The notes beneath the pieces are model-generated. The model ran no database searches and was not told where the DNA came from. It saw nothing but the letters and a program-made list of their open reading frames with translations. Below are positions 1 through 10,001 of a DNA stretch of 64,000 nt, piece by piece. The position numbers were made by a program, and so were the translations under genes. The stretch comes from Candidatus Latescibacterota bacterium (GTDB lineage Bacteria; Latescibacterota; UBA2968; GCA-2709665), in NCBI GenBank assembly GCA_965116875.1, contig OZ220733.1:3744001-3808000 (forward strand), written 5' to 3'. How positions within the stretch are numbered: position 1 is the first letter of the stretch; each line of letters starts with the position of its first letter.

Positions 1-1494
1 ACCTTTCTCTTCGGCGATCCCGCCGAACCCGATCAGCTCCGGGCGTGGATACGCAATATTGCCGCCGGAGGCGCCGACGCCTATGTTCCGGAAGTGTATT
101 TCGACGGCCTCATCGCCTACTACCGCAGCCGCAGATGCCCGAACTGGGGTGTGCCCGCGTTCGGCCGATTCGACGCGATGATGGACCGCGGCGTGATGCC
201 CCTGGACATTTTCGTCGATGAAGCCTGCAATCAGGGCATCGAGCTGCTCGCTGGCTTCCGGATGAACGATCGCCACGGCGTCAACAAGCCTTTTTTCGAG
301 GCGCATCCCCAGTGGATCCTGAAGGACCTGGGTCACGGCGTTGACTACTCGCTGTCCGAAGTACGGGACTGGGTCTTCTCAATCATCGAGGAGGTCCCCT
401 GTCGATTCGACGTGGACGGAATCGAACTCAACTTTGTCCGCCATGGGTACTGTTTTCCGCCCTCCGAAGCCCGCAACCGGCATCCGGTGATGTCCGACTT
501 CATTCGGCGCCTGCGGGCGATGCTCGACGGGAACGGCGAAAGGAGGGGCCGACGTCTCCTTATGGGTGTCAGGGTGCCTACGACGCTGGATGAATGCCGG
601 CATTTCGGGTTCGACCTTCCCACGTGGGTCGGGGAAGGGCTTGTCGACTACGTTGCGCCCACCGACTACCACTACACCGATTTCAACATGAAGGTCGAGG
701 AATTCGCCCGAATCGTCCGCGGCACCGACAACTGTTTCCTTTATCCCGCCATCCAGGCCGACGTGCCGGGAAACTGTGCGATCATGTCGCTGGACAACTA
801 TCGCGCCGCCGTCCGAAACTTCTACGAATCCGGCGCCGACGGGGTTTCCACGCACAACTACGATGTCTATATGTGGGGCCAACTCCGCAGCAGGAGCTAT
901 CCCGGTCCGGCGGACATGTACCCCCGGGCCCTGGAATACTTTAACATTCTGAAGGACCCGGAGGCGGTAGCCAGGGGAGACAGGCACTATCTCTTCCTCC
1001 CGCTCTGGGCGCACGAACTTCACCCGAAGGGCTACCGCAGCATCATCATCCCGCATCGTCGTGCAACTGTGAGGGCGTGTGGTCCGAGCGCGGAATTTCC
1101 ATTTCGGATCTGCGAGCGCCTGCCGGCAGGAGCGGATATGCCGCTGAACGAGCGAGGGGTATACGCGGGCATTTTCAACCGCGCCGGCAAACCCCCGGGC
1201 GCCTGGCTGATTTTCAGAGCCATCGGTATGAGACCCGAGAATGAAATCGCGGTAACGCTTAACGATCGGGAGATCCCGACCGGCGCGATCAGGTCGATCT
1301 GGCATCCGCAAGGTCGACCGGCGTGGGAGGGTCGTCCGCTGGCGCCATACACGGAACTCCACGTACGTCTGACGTCTCCGCCCGGAACCTTCGGCGACAA
1401 TATCCTGGGTATCCGGCTGGTTGCGAAAAACAGCGCCGAATCCAGCGAGATCACGGTAGACGAAGTGGAGGTCGTCGTCAACGTCGTGGACTGA
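1..1494 (+). CDS. GH10-like (GHL10/DUF187-type) TIM-barrel protein, 5'-truncated by window edge
   Basis: Frame 1 is open from base 1 to TGA at 1492-1494; motifs GFRMNDRH, DYSLSEVR, DVDGIELNFVR, GADGVS. Confidence 0.65.
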   Translation, partial: TFLFGDPAEPDQLRAWIRNIAAGGADAYVPEVYFDGLIAYYRSRRCPNWGVPAFGRFDAMMDRGVMPLDIFVDEACNQGIELLAGFRMNDRHGVNKPFFEAHPQWILKDLGHGVDYSLSEVRDWVFSIIEEVPCRFDVDGIELNFVRHGYCFPPSEARNRHPVMSDFIRRLRAMLDGNGERRGRRLLMGVRVPTTLDECRHFGFDLPTWVGEGLVDYVAPTDYHYTDFNMKVEEFARIVRGTDNCFLYPAIQADVPGNCAIMSLDNYRAAVRNFYESGADGVSTHNYDVYMWGQLRSRSYPGPADMYPRALEYFNILKDPEAVARGDRHYLFLPLWAHELHPKGYRSIIIPHRRATVRACGPSAEFPFRICERLPAGADMPLNERGVYAGIFNRAGKPPGAWLIFRAIGMRPENEIAVTLNDREIPTGAIRSIWHPQGRPAWEGRPLAPYTELHVRLTSPPGTFGDNILGIRLVAKNSAESSEITVDEVEVVVNVVD

Positions 1495-1543
1495 GTGCCC
1501 ACATACAAAGCTGGGATCGCAAGCGAACAAGAGGAACCCGATC

Positions 1544-2731
1544 ATGCCCGTTCCGGATATCTACACGGAAACGCGAATCTCCATGCTCACGCCCGAACTC
1601 AGGCAGAGGGTGAGGGACAACCTTGTAACGTCGCAGTTCAGGAAGGCGGGCTGCACACGGCCCGACGGAAAGGATTGGCCGGCCTGGTTCGACCAGGTAC
1701 CGGTCCGGCGAGTTCGCGTGGCGACGGGTTCGCGGGCGTTCGGGACCTACAATCATCAGGCCGGCATCTGCAGTTGGCGTGGTGAATATTGGTACGTCTT
1801 CTCCAACGGACGCGTGGACGAAGAAGCGCCGGGCCAGCAGACGCTGATTTCCAGGAGCGTGGACCTCGCCAACTGGTCGCCCCCCGCCTGCGTGGCGCCC
1901 GGCGACGCGTCTGGAAGGATGTGGCGGAATACAGGCGGAATAATGGGCTACGACGAGCGTCTCATCGTATTCGTGCAGACGAAAACCGGCGGCGGGGCGG
2001 CCCGCAGGCCCGGGATGAGCGCCGGAGACGAACGCAGGATAACCTGCCACGTCGGTCTCTTCGTTTCCGGTGACGGCGAAAGCTGGACGGAGCGTGACGT
2101 CGCCGAGGACTGCTTCTGGTACGAAGCGCCGCGGCTGACGCGGGAGGGGAGGCTTCTGTGCGCAGGGTCACGGCGAGGACACCCGATCGTGTTTCTCTGG
2201 CCTGGAGAGAATCCTCTGGATCCTCCGGAGATCGTGGAGATCCCTTTCGACGGTTCGCGTGGGATGGATTCGGGACGGTTTCCGTACGGTGAGGCATCGT
2301 GGTACGAAACGGAAGCGGGCGCAATTTTCATGTTTCACCGGAACGAGACGGACGAGATGAGGCTGCGCGTGGCGGTCAGCGAGGACGGAGGCGGAAGCTG
2401 GACGCCGCCCATGCTCTCGAATATTCCGGACTCGAAGTCTCGCGTCAGCGCGGGACGCCTCGCCGACGGGCGTTATTTCCTCATTAACAACGCGATTGCC
2501 GACCTGTTGAACCGGGTGCCGCTGATGATTTCCATTTCGACGGACGGCATGAAGTTCGAGCGACAGTACTTTCTGATCAACGAACCCGCTGCCATTGCGT
2601 TTCCCGGCGCGCTCAAAGCGCACGGCCACCAGTATCCCAGCGCGCTGGTCGAGCAGAACCGGTTGATCGTCGCCTATTCCGTCAACAAGGAGCACATGGA
2701 ATTCCTCACGGTGGATCCGAGCGACCTGTAG
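1544..2731 (+). CDS. Exo-alpha-sialidase / BNR (Asp-box) beta-propeller protein
   Basis: Asp-boxes SxDGESW, SEDGGGSW, STDGMKF; YNHQ near the N-terminus; HQYP near the C-terminus. Confidence 0.75.
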   Translation: MPVPDIYTETRISMLTPELRQRVRDNLVTSQFRKAGCTRPDGKDWPAWFDQVPVRRVRVATGSRAFGTYNHQAGICSWRGEYWYVFSNGRVDEEAPGQQTLISRSVDLANWSPPACVAPGDASGRMWRNTGGIMGYDERLIVFVQTKTGGGAARRPGMSAGDERRITCHVGLFVSGDGESWTERDVAEDCFWYEAPRLTREGRLLCAGSRRGHPIVFLWPGENPLDPPEIVEIPFDGSRGMDSGRFPYGEASWYETEAGAIFMFHRNETDEMRLRVAVSEDGGGSWTPPMLSNIPDSKSRVSAGRLADGRYFLINNAIADLLNRVPLMISISTDGMKFERQYFLINEPAAIAFPGALKAHGHQYPSALVEQNRLIVAYSVNKEHMEFLTVDPSDL

Positions 2732-2745
2732 ATCCGCGGTAACGC

Positions 2746-3387
2746 TCAATCGTCCAGGCGAAACCGGATGGGCATCGACATCTTCACCGCGACCGCGCGG
2801 TCGTTCTGCACGGCCGGCTCGAATACGAACTGCGAAACCGCCTCGATCGCCGCCCCCCTGAATATCTCCGGTCCTCGCACGGCACGGACCTGTCTGACGC
2901 TTCCTTCTGCGCTTACCGTGAACGATACGAAAACGACCCCCTCCAGCCCGGCCTTCCGCGCCAATTCAGGGTAGACCGGCATCGTGAAACGGGCAAGCGC
3001 GGGTTTCTTCTCAACACTCCAGAAGTCCAGGACTTCCTCCTCAACGGGCGCGGTCTTGCGGCGAACGGGAGACGGCAGATCCACGGGTACGCGGTTCAGG
3101 TCCAGTTCCGTCGACTCGATGGTCAGGTCTTCGGGAACGTCGTCGCTGTCCGTTTCGATCGGCACTTTGGGCCGTTCGGGCTCAGGACGGTTCGGTTGCC
3201 GGGTATCGGGAATCTGCTCGACAATGATCACCTCGGTTTGGAGTACCCGCGCCGGTGTGTCCATCTCGAAAGAGGGAAACATCACCGCGAGTACGAGGAG
3301 AAAAACGGCGGAGATACAGACACTCCGCGCCATGACCTTCGGATATGCCAGCTTTAGATCAGCTTCGGGATGCTTGTAACGCAACAT
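2746..3387 (-). CDS. TonB family energy transducer
   Basis: N-terminal TM helix, Pro-rich linker, TonB_C motif YPELARKAGLEGVVFVSFTV...IRFRL; ATG at 3387 with AAGGAGG RBS. Confidence 0.85.
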   Translation of the reverse strand: MLRYKHPEADLKLAYPKVMARSVCISAVFLLVLAVMFPSFEMDTPARVLQTEVIIVEQIPDTRQPNRPEPERPKVPIETDSDDVPEDLTIESTELDLNRVPVDLPSPVRRKTAPVEEEVLDFWSVEKKPALARFTMPVYPELARKAGLEGVVFVSFTVSAEGSVRQVRAVRGPEIFRGAAIEAVSQFVFEPAVQNDRAVAVKMSMPIRFRLDD

Positions 3388-3558
3388 CGTCGGCCTCCTT
3401 TCAGGATGCAGTCGGACCCTGACAGCTTGATTCTCCACCAGTCGTTTATGCCGCAGTTTGCGGCAAAGCGCATCGGCCGGAAATCAGGCGCCTGTAAAAT
3501 TAATTGATTAATATTTCCAGTCAAAAAAACGGCCGGATATCCCCGGTCCGTGCGGATG

Positions 3559-5736
3559 TCAGTCAGCGATGCCGGGACCGGCCGCGGCGAGCCGGTCGTC
3601 GTGGAACGGCCCTGTTTCGAACGTCCGGGCGAAAACGTCCAACTGGCGAAGGAAGGTTTCCTTTCTCCGGTTCGGGCCGTATACCCCAACGTCCAGAAAA
3701 TAAAGCCGGTCCCTCCGTTCGTCGACCAGCACGTAGCTTCTGAAGGGCCCGCCCTTCCACGATAAATCGTTCTGCCAAAGTCCTTCCAGATACACGGCCA
3801 GCCTGCTCCCCAACGCCCGCTGACTTACCTTCATGCCCGTCGGGTCGACGACGTCCTTCTCAAAGAAACGGGCGGCAATCTCATTTCGCTTCATGATGCA
3901 CCATGCCTCTGTCAGCCGGTCCGGCCTGACGCCTTCCTCGTGGTACACAAACATCCACTGTGTCACGCGGGCGTGGGTTCGCGTGAACACGACGAATCCG
4001 CTATCGGCGTGGGTATCGATCAAATTGAATCCGAACGGTATTCGCAAACGCCATCCGAAGCGGTCCGCCAGTTCCGACGCGAGCGCCTCTCTTTCTCCAA
4101 AACGAAAGAGACGCTCGGAAACCTGTTCATCGCGCATCCCGTCAATTGCGCCGTAGATCCGATCGGCTTCTGTCATCATATTGTCCCTCAGCGTGTTGCG
4201 GTCCTCACCCGTAACCAGAACCACGACCTGATCTTCGGCCCAGACGTCCCGCCGGATGACGAAAGCGTCCGCTCCGTTCCGCATCGCGTCCCGGTGTCCC
4301 TGAGGCACGAGGGAGCGTACCAGCTCCGCCGCGTCGTGGGCGCCGTCCATCGGCGCGGCGATCACGATATTCCTGCGGCGCAACGCCCGAAAGTCTCCCG
4401 CGCGAACAAACGCGACATGGTACAGGCGCTCCTTCCTCGGCGTCAGGATTTCCCTCTCCATGACTTCCAGGAAAGGTTTTCGAAACGTCCGGGCGTCCAG
4501 GGAATCCGCAATGACCGTGACCAGATCATCCCGTCCGGAACCGGGAGGCAGTCTGTCCAGGCTCAGATGCGCGAGCAGCCGGTCCCTGAATCCCGCCAGC
4601 TTCATGTATGCTTCGGAACGGCCCGGAATCTCAACCGCGGGGCCCATGCGTCCGCATTGCATCAGCACCGCCAGAATCAGGCCCGAAGCCAGCAGCAGAC
4701 CCGAGCGGGAGAGGCGGTGTTCGGCGCCGCGCCTGCCGTTCAGCAACCGTGAGACCCGACGGATAACCTGCTTCCGGTCTCCTGCAGCGCCGATGCCCAC
4801 TGTCGAACCGGCCGGCGCCGCCATCATCTCCGTCAGGCGCGTGAGGCAGGCCGCGTACCCTCTGGCGCCACCGGTAATGCCGACCACCATATCGTCGCAC
4901 GCGATCTCGCGCTCCAGGTCCATCTGTCGAGCAATCCACCAGACGGCGGGATGGAAGAACAGAATGCAGCCGGCAATCGCCTGAAACAGCCGAGACCAGT
5001 CGTCCAGCCGGTGCAGGTGCGCCAGTTCGTGCAGGACCACCTGATCGAATTCTGTCTCCGTCAGCCGTTCCAGCATGGATTCGGGGACCAGAATCACGGG
5101 TCTGAAAAGACCCGTCGCCGCGGGAGATTCCACCTGCGTCGAACTGCACAGGCGCACCCAGCGCCGGGTCTCGCAGGAGCGGATCAGACGTCGCAATCTG
5201 TCCTGATATCGGGCGGGAAGGGGTCTTGCGCTCCGTTTGAGGCGGCGGAGGAGCCGAAAACCCAGAAAGAGCCTGGCTGAAAGCGCCGACGAGACCAGCA
5301 TCCAGACCGCGAAGACGGCCGCCGGCCAACTCCCCGGCTGTTCCGGCGCGGACGTGGGCCGCGAGCTGTCCCTGTACTCCGGCGGATCGGCGCCCGGGGA
5401 GAATTCAGAGGCCCCCGCGTCCCCCGGCGTCCGAGAATCGAGTCTCTCGCGATCGTCCGTTTCCACAGCTTCGAGCCACATCCGCGCGGCGGCCGCACGA
5501 TCAGGCGGACTCCAGATCCCGGACCAGGGCAGCGCGAATACCACCATCAGCGCGGCAGTCCAGATCACGTACCTGGTCCGGGCGTTCAGCCACCGGGCCA
5601 GGTTCAGCAGACACACGACGGCAAGTGCGACGACCATGCCCTTCCAGATGCCATCAAGCGCGGAGGACATCGCCACACGGGAAACCGCATCGAAAATCTC
5701 ATAGGCCGCCAACATAAACAGTTCCCTATTGATCAT
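3559..5736 (-). CDS. BlaR1/M56 family metallopeptidase fused to a C-terminal DUF4837-like domain
   Basis: HELAH zinc motif, FFHPAVWW, EIACDD; C-terminal half has DVWAEDQ, GLWQND..GGPFRSY, YGPNRRK. Start uncertain (5736 or 5715). Confidence 0.8.
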   Translation of the reverse strand: MINRELFMLAAYEIFDAVSRVAMSSALDGIWKGMVVALAVVCLLNLARWLNARTRYVIWTAALMVVFALPWSGIWSPPDRAAAARMWLEAVETDDRERLDSRTPGDAGASEFSPGADPPEYRDSSRPTSAPEQPGSWPAAVFAVWMLVSSALSARLFLGFRLLRRLKRSARPLPARYQDRLRRLIRSCETRRWVRLCSSTQVESPAATGLFRPVILVPESMLERLTETEFDQVVLHELAHLHRLDDWSRLFQAIAGCILFFHPAVWWIARQMDLEREIACDDMVVGITGGARGYAACLTRLTEMMAAPAGSTVGIGAAGDRKQVIRRVSRLLNGRRGAEHRLSRSGLLLASGLILAVLMQCGRMGPAVEIPGRSEAYMKLAGFRDRLLAHLSLDRLPPGSGRDDLVTVIADSLDARTFRKPFLEVMEREILTPRKERLYHVAFVRAGDFRALRRRNIVIAAPMDGAHDAAELVRSLVPQGHRDAMRNGADAFVIRRDVWAEDQVVVLVTGEDRNTLRDNMMTEADRIYGAIDGMRDEQVSERLFRFGEREALASELADRFGWRLRIPFGFNLIDTHADSGFVVFTRTHARVTQWMFVYHEEGVRPDRLTEAWCIMKRNEIAARFFEKDVVDPTGMKVSQRALGSRLAVYLEGLWQNDLSWKGGPFRSYVLVDERRDRLYFLDVGVYGPNRRKETFLRQLDVFARTFETGPFHDDRLAAAGPGIAD

Positions 5737-5899
5737 GCGTCGCAGGAACAGAGGAGAGAGCGGAGAGAAGTGAGAAAAGAGAGAGGCGAAATTGGGGGGT
5801 CTCTCACTCCTCACTCCTCTCTACTCTCTCCTGGCTATGGCCAGTGGATGGGCGATGAAGCCGAGAAAAGCATCTTGCGTAGAAGTCTTACTGTAAGGT

Positions 5900-6277
5900 C
5901 TAACTGCCTTCATCCACCATCTGTTTCAGGCGTCTGAGAACGTCCCCGTCGACCGGTTCGTTCTCGAGAATGTTCAGCACCAGCGCTTCGGGCGAATTAT
6001 TGAAAAAACGGCTCATCATGTAGCGGACCACGCTTCTTCTGGCGTCCTCGCGTCCCACAATGGGCTGGTAGACGTAAGCCCGGCCCTCTTTCTCGTGGGA
6101 CACGTAGCCTTTCCGTTCGAGAATTCTCAGCGTAGTCAACACCGTGCTGTAGGCCAGCGGTTCGTTCCCGGGTAAGGCGGCGACAACGTCGCTCACGGTG
6201 GCGGTCTCCTTTTTCCAGAGCACGTCCATCAGCCTGAGTTCCGCTTCCGTAAGGGTGGGTGACTTCGGCCTTGCCAT
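5900..6277 (-). CDS. BlaI/MecI/CopY family repressor
   Basis: LTEAELRLMDVLW...LAYSTVLTTLRILERKG; sits directly upstream of the M56 gene. Confidence 0.92.
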   Translation of the reverse strand: MARPKSPTLTEAELRLMDVLWKKETATVSDVVAALPGNEPLAYSTVLTTLRILERKGYVSHEKEGRAYVYQPIVGREDARRSVVRYMMSRFFNNSPEALVLNILENEPVDGDVLRRLKQMVDEGS

Positions 6278-6302
6278 GTACTGAACTCCTTTACAGTTGA
6301 AT

Positions 6303-6444
6303 CACGAAGTTTCGTGCCGCCGGCGGAAGGTGATTTCGATGCACACGCAACAGAAACGGCAAAGTCGCGGTTCCCATGCGTGCGCAGGTGGTCCGCACGA
6401 TTAATTCCTTAATAAAAATGTATGTAAGTTTCGTGTATTGTCAA
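6303..6444 (-). promoter_or_regulatory. sigma70 promoter and probable BlaI operators
   Basis: Minus-strand TTGACA (6439-6444)-16-TACATT; palindrome CACGAA-GT-TTCGTG at 6303-6316; related TGTAAGTTTCGTG at 6423-6435 in the spacer. Confidence 0.55.
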
Positions 6445-6567
6445 TTAAAAAATTAATATTTTCTCGATGTACGGTTCGGTACACGTGCCGGATCGAAACG
6501 AATATCCCGGTCCGGGGGAGGCAGGATCGTAGCGGGTCACAATGTTCATTGGAATACAAGATTCTTC

Positions 6568-6626
6568 TTGACATGCGCCTTGAGGTTCGATAAATTTAAA
6601 CGTTCGTTTAAAACATACGTTTGTTT
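6568..6626 (+). promoter_or_regulatory. sigma70 promoter with TetR/PsrA-type operators
   Basis: TTGACA(6568)-17-TAAATT(6591); palindrome TTTAAACG-TT-CGTTTAAA at 6595-6612 and AAACA-N6-TGTTT at 6611-6626. Confidence 0.7.
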
Positions 6627-6654
6627 GAAACCGATGACTCGTTGTGTGATTTTC

Positions 6655-7299
6655 ATGAGCCAGTCCGATACGCACGACCGCCTGCTCGACGCTGCCGAGC
6701 AACTGTTCTCCGAACATGGAATCGCTGCCACGTCCCTGCGCGCCATAACCTCCGGGGCGTCCGCGAATCTGGCCTCGGTCCACTACCACTTCGGCTCGAA
6801 AGAAGCGCTTGTCGAAGCGGTTTTCGCCCGGAGGCTGGCGCCTTTGAATCGGGAGAGGTGCCGCCTTCTCGATGCGGAAGAAATGGCCGCGGCAGGGGCG
6901 CCCTCCGTCGAAGCTATCGTTACGGCCTTCGTCGCGCCCGCGATGCGCCTGGCGTACGACCCCGCGGGCGGCGGCGAAAATTTCATGCTGCTCATCGGAA
7001 GGCTCTATTCCGAGCCTGGAGACCTCGGGTACAATATTACGGAACAGTTCACCGAGGTCTTTCAACGATTTACCTCCGCGCTTGCCCGCGGTCTGCCCCA
7101 TCTGTCGCGGACCGATCTGCTCTGGAGGTTTTTCTTCATGGTCGGCAGCATCAGCATGCCGCTGATGGGGAGGCACATCATCCCGCGGCGGACCGGCGGC
7201 CTCTGCGATCCTTCCGACATTGAAAACAATATCAAACGCCTGGTCGCGTTCCTCGCGGCAGGCCTCCGAGCCGCCGCCCCAAACGGAGACATAACTTGA
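6655..7299 (+). CDS. TetR family regulator, PsrA-like
   Basis: MSQSDTHDRLLDAAEQLFSEHG..TSLRAIT...NLASVHYHFGSKEAL; stop overlaps the start of the next gene. Confidence 0.9.
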   Translation: MSQSDTHDRLLDAAEQLFSEHGIAATSLRAITSGASANLASVHYHFGSKEALVEAVFARRLAPLNRERCRLLDAEEMAAAGAPSVEAIVTAFVAPAMRLAYDPAGGGENFMLLIGRLYSEPGDLGYNITEQFTEVFQRFTSALARGLPHLSRTDLLWRFFFMVGSISMPLMGRHIIPRRTGGLCDPSDIENNIKRLVAFLAAGLRAAAPNGDIT

Positions 7300-8738
7300 G
7301 ACCGGTTCTCCCCATACTCGCACTGCTTCTTGCGGCCTGCGCCGCGGCGCCGCAGGTGAAACCTCCGGACGTCGACGTAACCGTTCCGGCGGACTGGTCG
7401 GCGGGCCAGGCAGGCGCCGTTCCCGCGGACACGCTCTGGTGGCGTTCTTTCAAAGACGAAAGCCTTACGGGCCTGGTCGTTGAAGCGCTGGCGCGCAATC
7501 ACAACCTTCAGGCCTCCGCCGCAAGGGTGCGCGCCGCCGCGGCGCGCGCCCGAATCGCCGGCGCGCCTCTGTATCCCGATGCCGGAGTCCGTGTCGGAGC
7601 GTCCCGGCGCAAACAGAATTTCATAGGCCTGCCCATCCCGGGTTCCGGAAATGGCGTTCTGACGTCGACGTCGAGCAGCTTCGGACTCTCCCTGGACGTA
7701 TCCTGGGAACTCGATCTCTGGAACCGTCTGGGCGCCGGCGCGTCCGCGGCTCTGGCCGATGCCCAGGCCGCGCGCGCGGATCACCGGGGCGCGCGGCTCT
7801 CGCTGGCGGGACAAACCGCCAAGACCTGGTTCGCCGCCGTGGAAGCCAGAAGGCAGGTTGAACTTTCGGAAGCCACGGTAGGGAACCTCAGAACGTCAAG
7901 CGAAATCGTACGGGAACGATACAGGCGGGGGTTGAGACCCGCACTGGATCTGCGGCGCGCGCTCTCAGACCAGGCGGGCGCCGAGGCCGTCCTCCAGCAG
8001 CGCCTGCTCATTCTGGACGCAACCCGGCGCCAGCTCGAAGTCCTTCTGGGCCGGTATCCCGCCGCCGCGCTCACCCCCGGCATGGACCTGCCAGTACTTC
8101 CGGAAGCGATTCCTGCCGGCCTTCCCGCGGACCTGGTGTCCCGCAGGCCGGACCTGATGGCGGCGGAACGAAGGTTGGCGGCGTCCAACGCCCGGTATAC
8201 GCAGGCCAGGCGGGCGCTGTATCCCCGCATCAGCCTCACTGGATCCGCCGGCACCAGCACCAGAGACCTGAAGGACCTTCTCGACGGCGACTTCAGCGTG
8301 TGGAACCTGGCCGGCAACATCCTGCAACCCCTGTTCCAGGGAGGACGGATTCGCGGCGGCATCCAGTTGGCCGCTTCACAGTCCGAACAGGCCGTCTCCG
8401 CATACGTTCAAAGCGTCCTTTCGGCCTTTGCCGAAGTCGAGACCGCGCTGGCGGCGGAAACGCTTCTGGCCAGACGACAGGCGGCGCTTGAAACCGCAAC
8501 CGAACAGGCGCTCGCGGCGCGGCGCCTCGCGGAAGACCGGTACGCCGGCGGGCTAGTGGACCTGAACACGATGCTGGACGCCCAGCGCGGGGCCTACGCG
8601 TCCGAAAGCCAGCTCATCGCCGTACGCCGGCAGCGCCTGGAGAACCGGGTCAACCTGCACCTCGCCCTGGGCGGGGGCTTCCCGGGCCCCCGAAGGGCGG
8701 CTGCGACAATGTCTGCAACGCAAAAGGAAGGACTGTAG
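7296..8738 (+). CDS. RND efflux outer-membrane factor lipoprotein (NodT/OprM family)
   Basis: Lipobox LLAAC, SWELDLW, LVSRRPDL, LHLALGGG. Confidence 0.92.
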   Translation: MRPVLPILALLLAACAAAPQVKPPDVDVTVPADWSAGQAGAVPADTLWWRSFKDESLTGLVVEALARNHNLQASAARVRAAAARARIAGAPLYPDAGVRVGASRRKQNFIGLPIPGSGNGVLTSTSSSFGLSLDVSWELDLWNRLGAGASAALADAQAARADHRGARLSLAGQTAKTWFAAVEARRQVELSEATVGNLRTSSEIVRERYRRGLRPALDLRRALSDQAGAEAVLQQRLLILDATRRQLEVLLGRYPAAALTPGMDLPVLPEAIPAGLPADLVSRRPDLMAAERRLAASNARYTQARRALYPRISLTGSAGTSTRDLKDLLDGDFSVWNLAGNILQPLFQGGRIRGGIQLAASQSEQAVSAYVQSVLSAFAEVETALAAETLLARRQAALETATEQALAARRLAEDRYAGGLVDLNTMLDAQRGAYASESQLIAVRRQRLENRVNLHLALGGGFPGPRRAAATMSATQKEGL

Positions 8739-8741
8739 ATC

Positions 8742-10001
8742 ATGAGCATCAGACCGTTGAAGAGCAGGAATCCGGACAGAACGCGCCGGACCGGCTGGAT
8801 CCGGCGGCATCCAAAGGCGTTGCTCCCCGTCGCGGTGATTGCATTCGGGGCGCTTTGCGCGTACGTCCTCATCAGCACAAGGTCCGAAGTCGTGGTGGCG
8901 CCGCCGCAAGTACCGGCTCCGCTGGTGCGGGCGATGCCGGTCGAAATCAGAAATGTCCGGCTGACGGTTAACGCCCAGGGCACGGTTGCGCCGCGTACGA
9001 AAACCAGCCTTGTTTCACAGGTAGCCGGACAGATCATCTCGGTCTCTCCGGCCTTCGCGAACGGCGGTTTCTTCAAGGCCGGCGACGTATTGCTCGCCAT
9101 CGATCCGCGCGACTACGAACTCGCGGTCGACCGGGCAAGGGCGGTGGTCGCGCAGGCGAGGGTGCGGCTGGCGCGTGAGGAGGAAGAAGCCGAACTCGCC
9201 CGTCAGGAATGGCAGCGACTGGGCAATGGCGAGGCCACGGACCTGGCGCTCAGAAAACCCCAGCTGGAAGACGCCCGGGCCGCCCTGCAGGCTGCGCGGG
9301 CATCCCGGGAACAGGCCCGGCTCGCGCTCGACCGGACCCGCATCCGCGCGCCGTACGAAGGGCGCGTGCTGTCCAAGATCGTGGACCTGGGACAGTACGT
9401 AAATCCCGGTGCGCCCGTCGCCCGCATCTACGCCGTGGACTACGCCGAGATCCGCCTGCCCGTGCCGCACGAGCAACTCGCCTATCTGGACCTGGTCTAC
9501 AACGCCCGCAGCGAACTCGCTCCGGCCTCCCGCCCGAAAGCGCTGGTCCATGCGGTCTTCGCCGGGGCCCCGCACACGTGGGAGGGCGAAATCGTGCGTA
9601 TCGAAGGGGAGATCGACGCCCGTACGCGGATGGTCAATCTGGTCGCTCGCGTTGACGCGCCATACGACAAGGGCGACGACCCGGCCCGCGCCCCGCTCTT
9701 CGCCGGGCTGTTTGTGGAGGTTGAAATCCTCGGTCGGGTCGCAAAGGACATCGCGGTCGTACCCCGATCGGCCTTGAGGGGCGCCGACCAGGTCCTGGTT
9801 GTCGACCAGGACAACCGGCTGCGTTTTCGTGGCGTCGATCTGTTGAGGCTCGAGGCAGAGAACGCTCTCATCCGATCCGGCCTCAATGGAGGCGAGCGGG
9901 TCTGCATATCCACCCTGGACGCCGTCGTGGATGGCATGCAGGTACGCATTCTCACCCCGGGGGACGAGGCCGCGTCACGTTCTGACGGAGGTGCCGGATG
10001 A
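8742..10001 (+). CDS. RND efflux periplasmic adaptor (MFP)
   Basis: TM anchor; QVAGQI...GDVLLAIDPRDY; coiled coil; IRAPYEG; VVPRSAL. Confidence 0.9.
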   Translation: MSIRPLKSRNPDRTRRTGWIRRHPKALLPVAVIAFGALCAYVLISTRSEVVVAPPQVPAPLVRAMPVEIRNVRLTVNAQGTVAPRTKTSLVSQVAGQIISVSPAFANGGFFKAGDVLLAIDPRDYELAVDRARAVVAQARVRLAREEEEAELARQEWQRLGNGEATDLALRKPQLEDARAALQAARASREQARLALDRTRIRAPYEGRVLSKIVDLGQYVNPGAPVARIYAVDYAEIRLPVPHEQLAYLDLVYNARSELAPASRPKALVHAVFAGAPHTWEGEIVRIEGEIDARTRMVNLVARVDAPYDKGDDPARAPLFAGLFVEVEILGRVAKDIAVVPRSALRGADQVLVVDQDNRLRFRGVDLLRLEAENALIRSGLNGGERVCISTLDAVVDGMQVRILTPGDEAASRSDGGAG

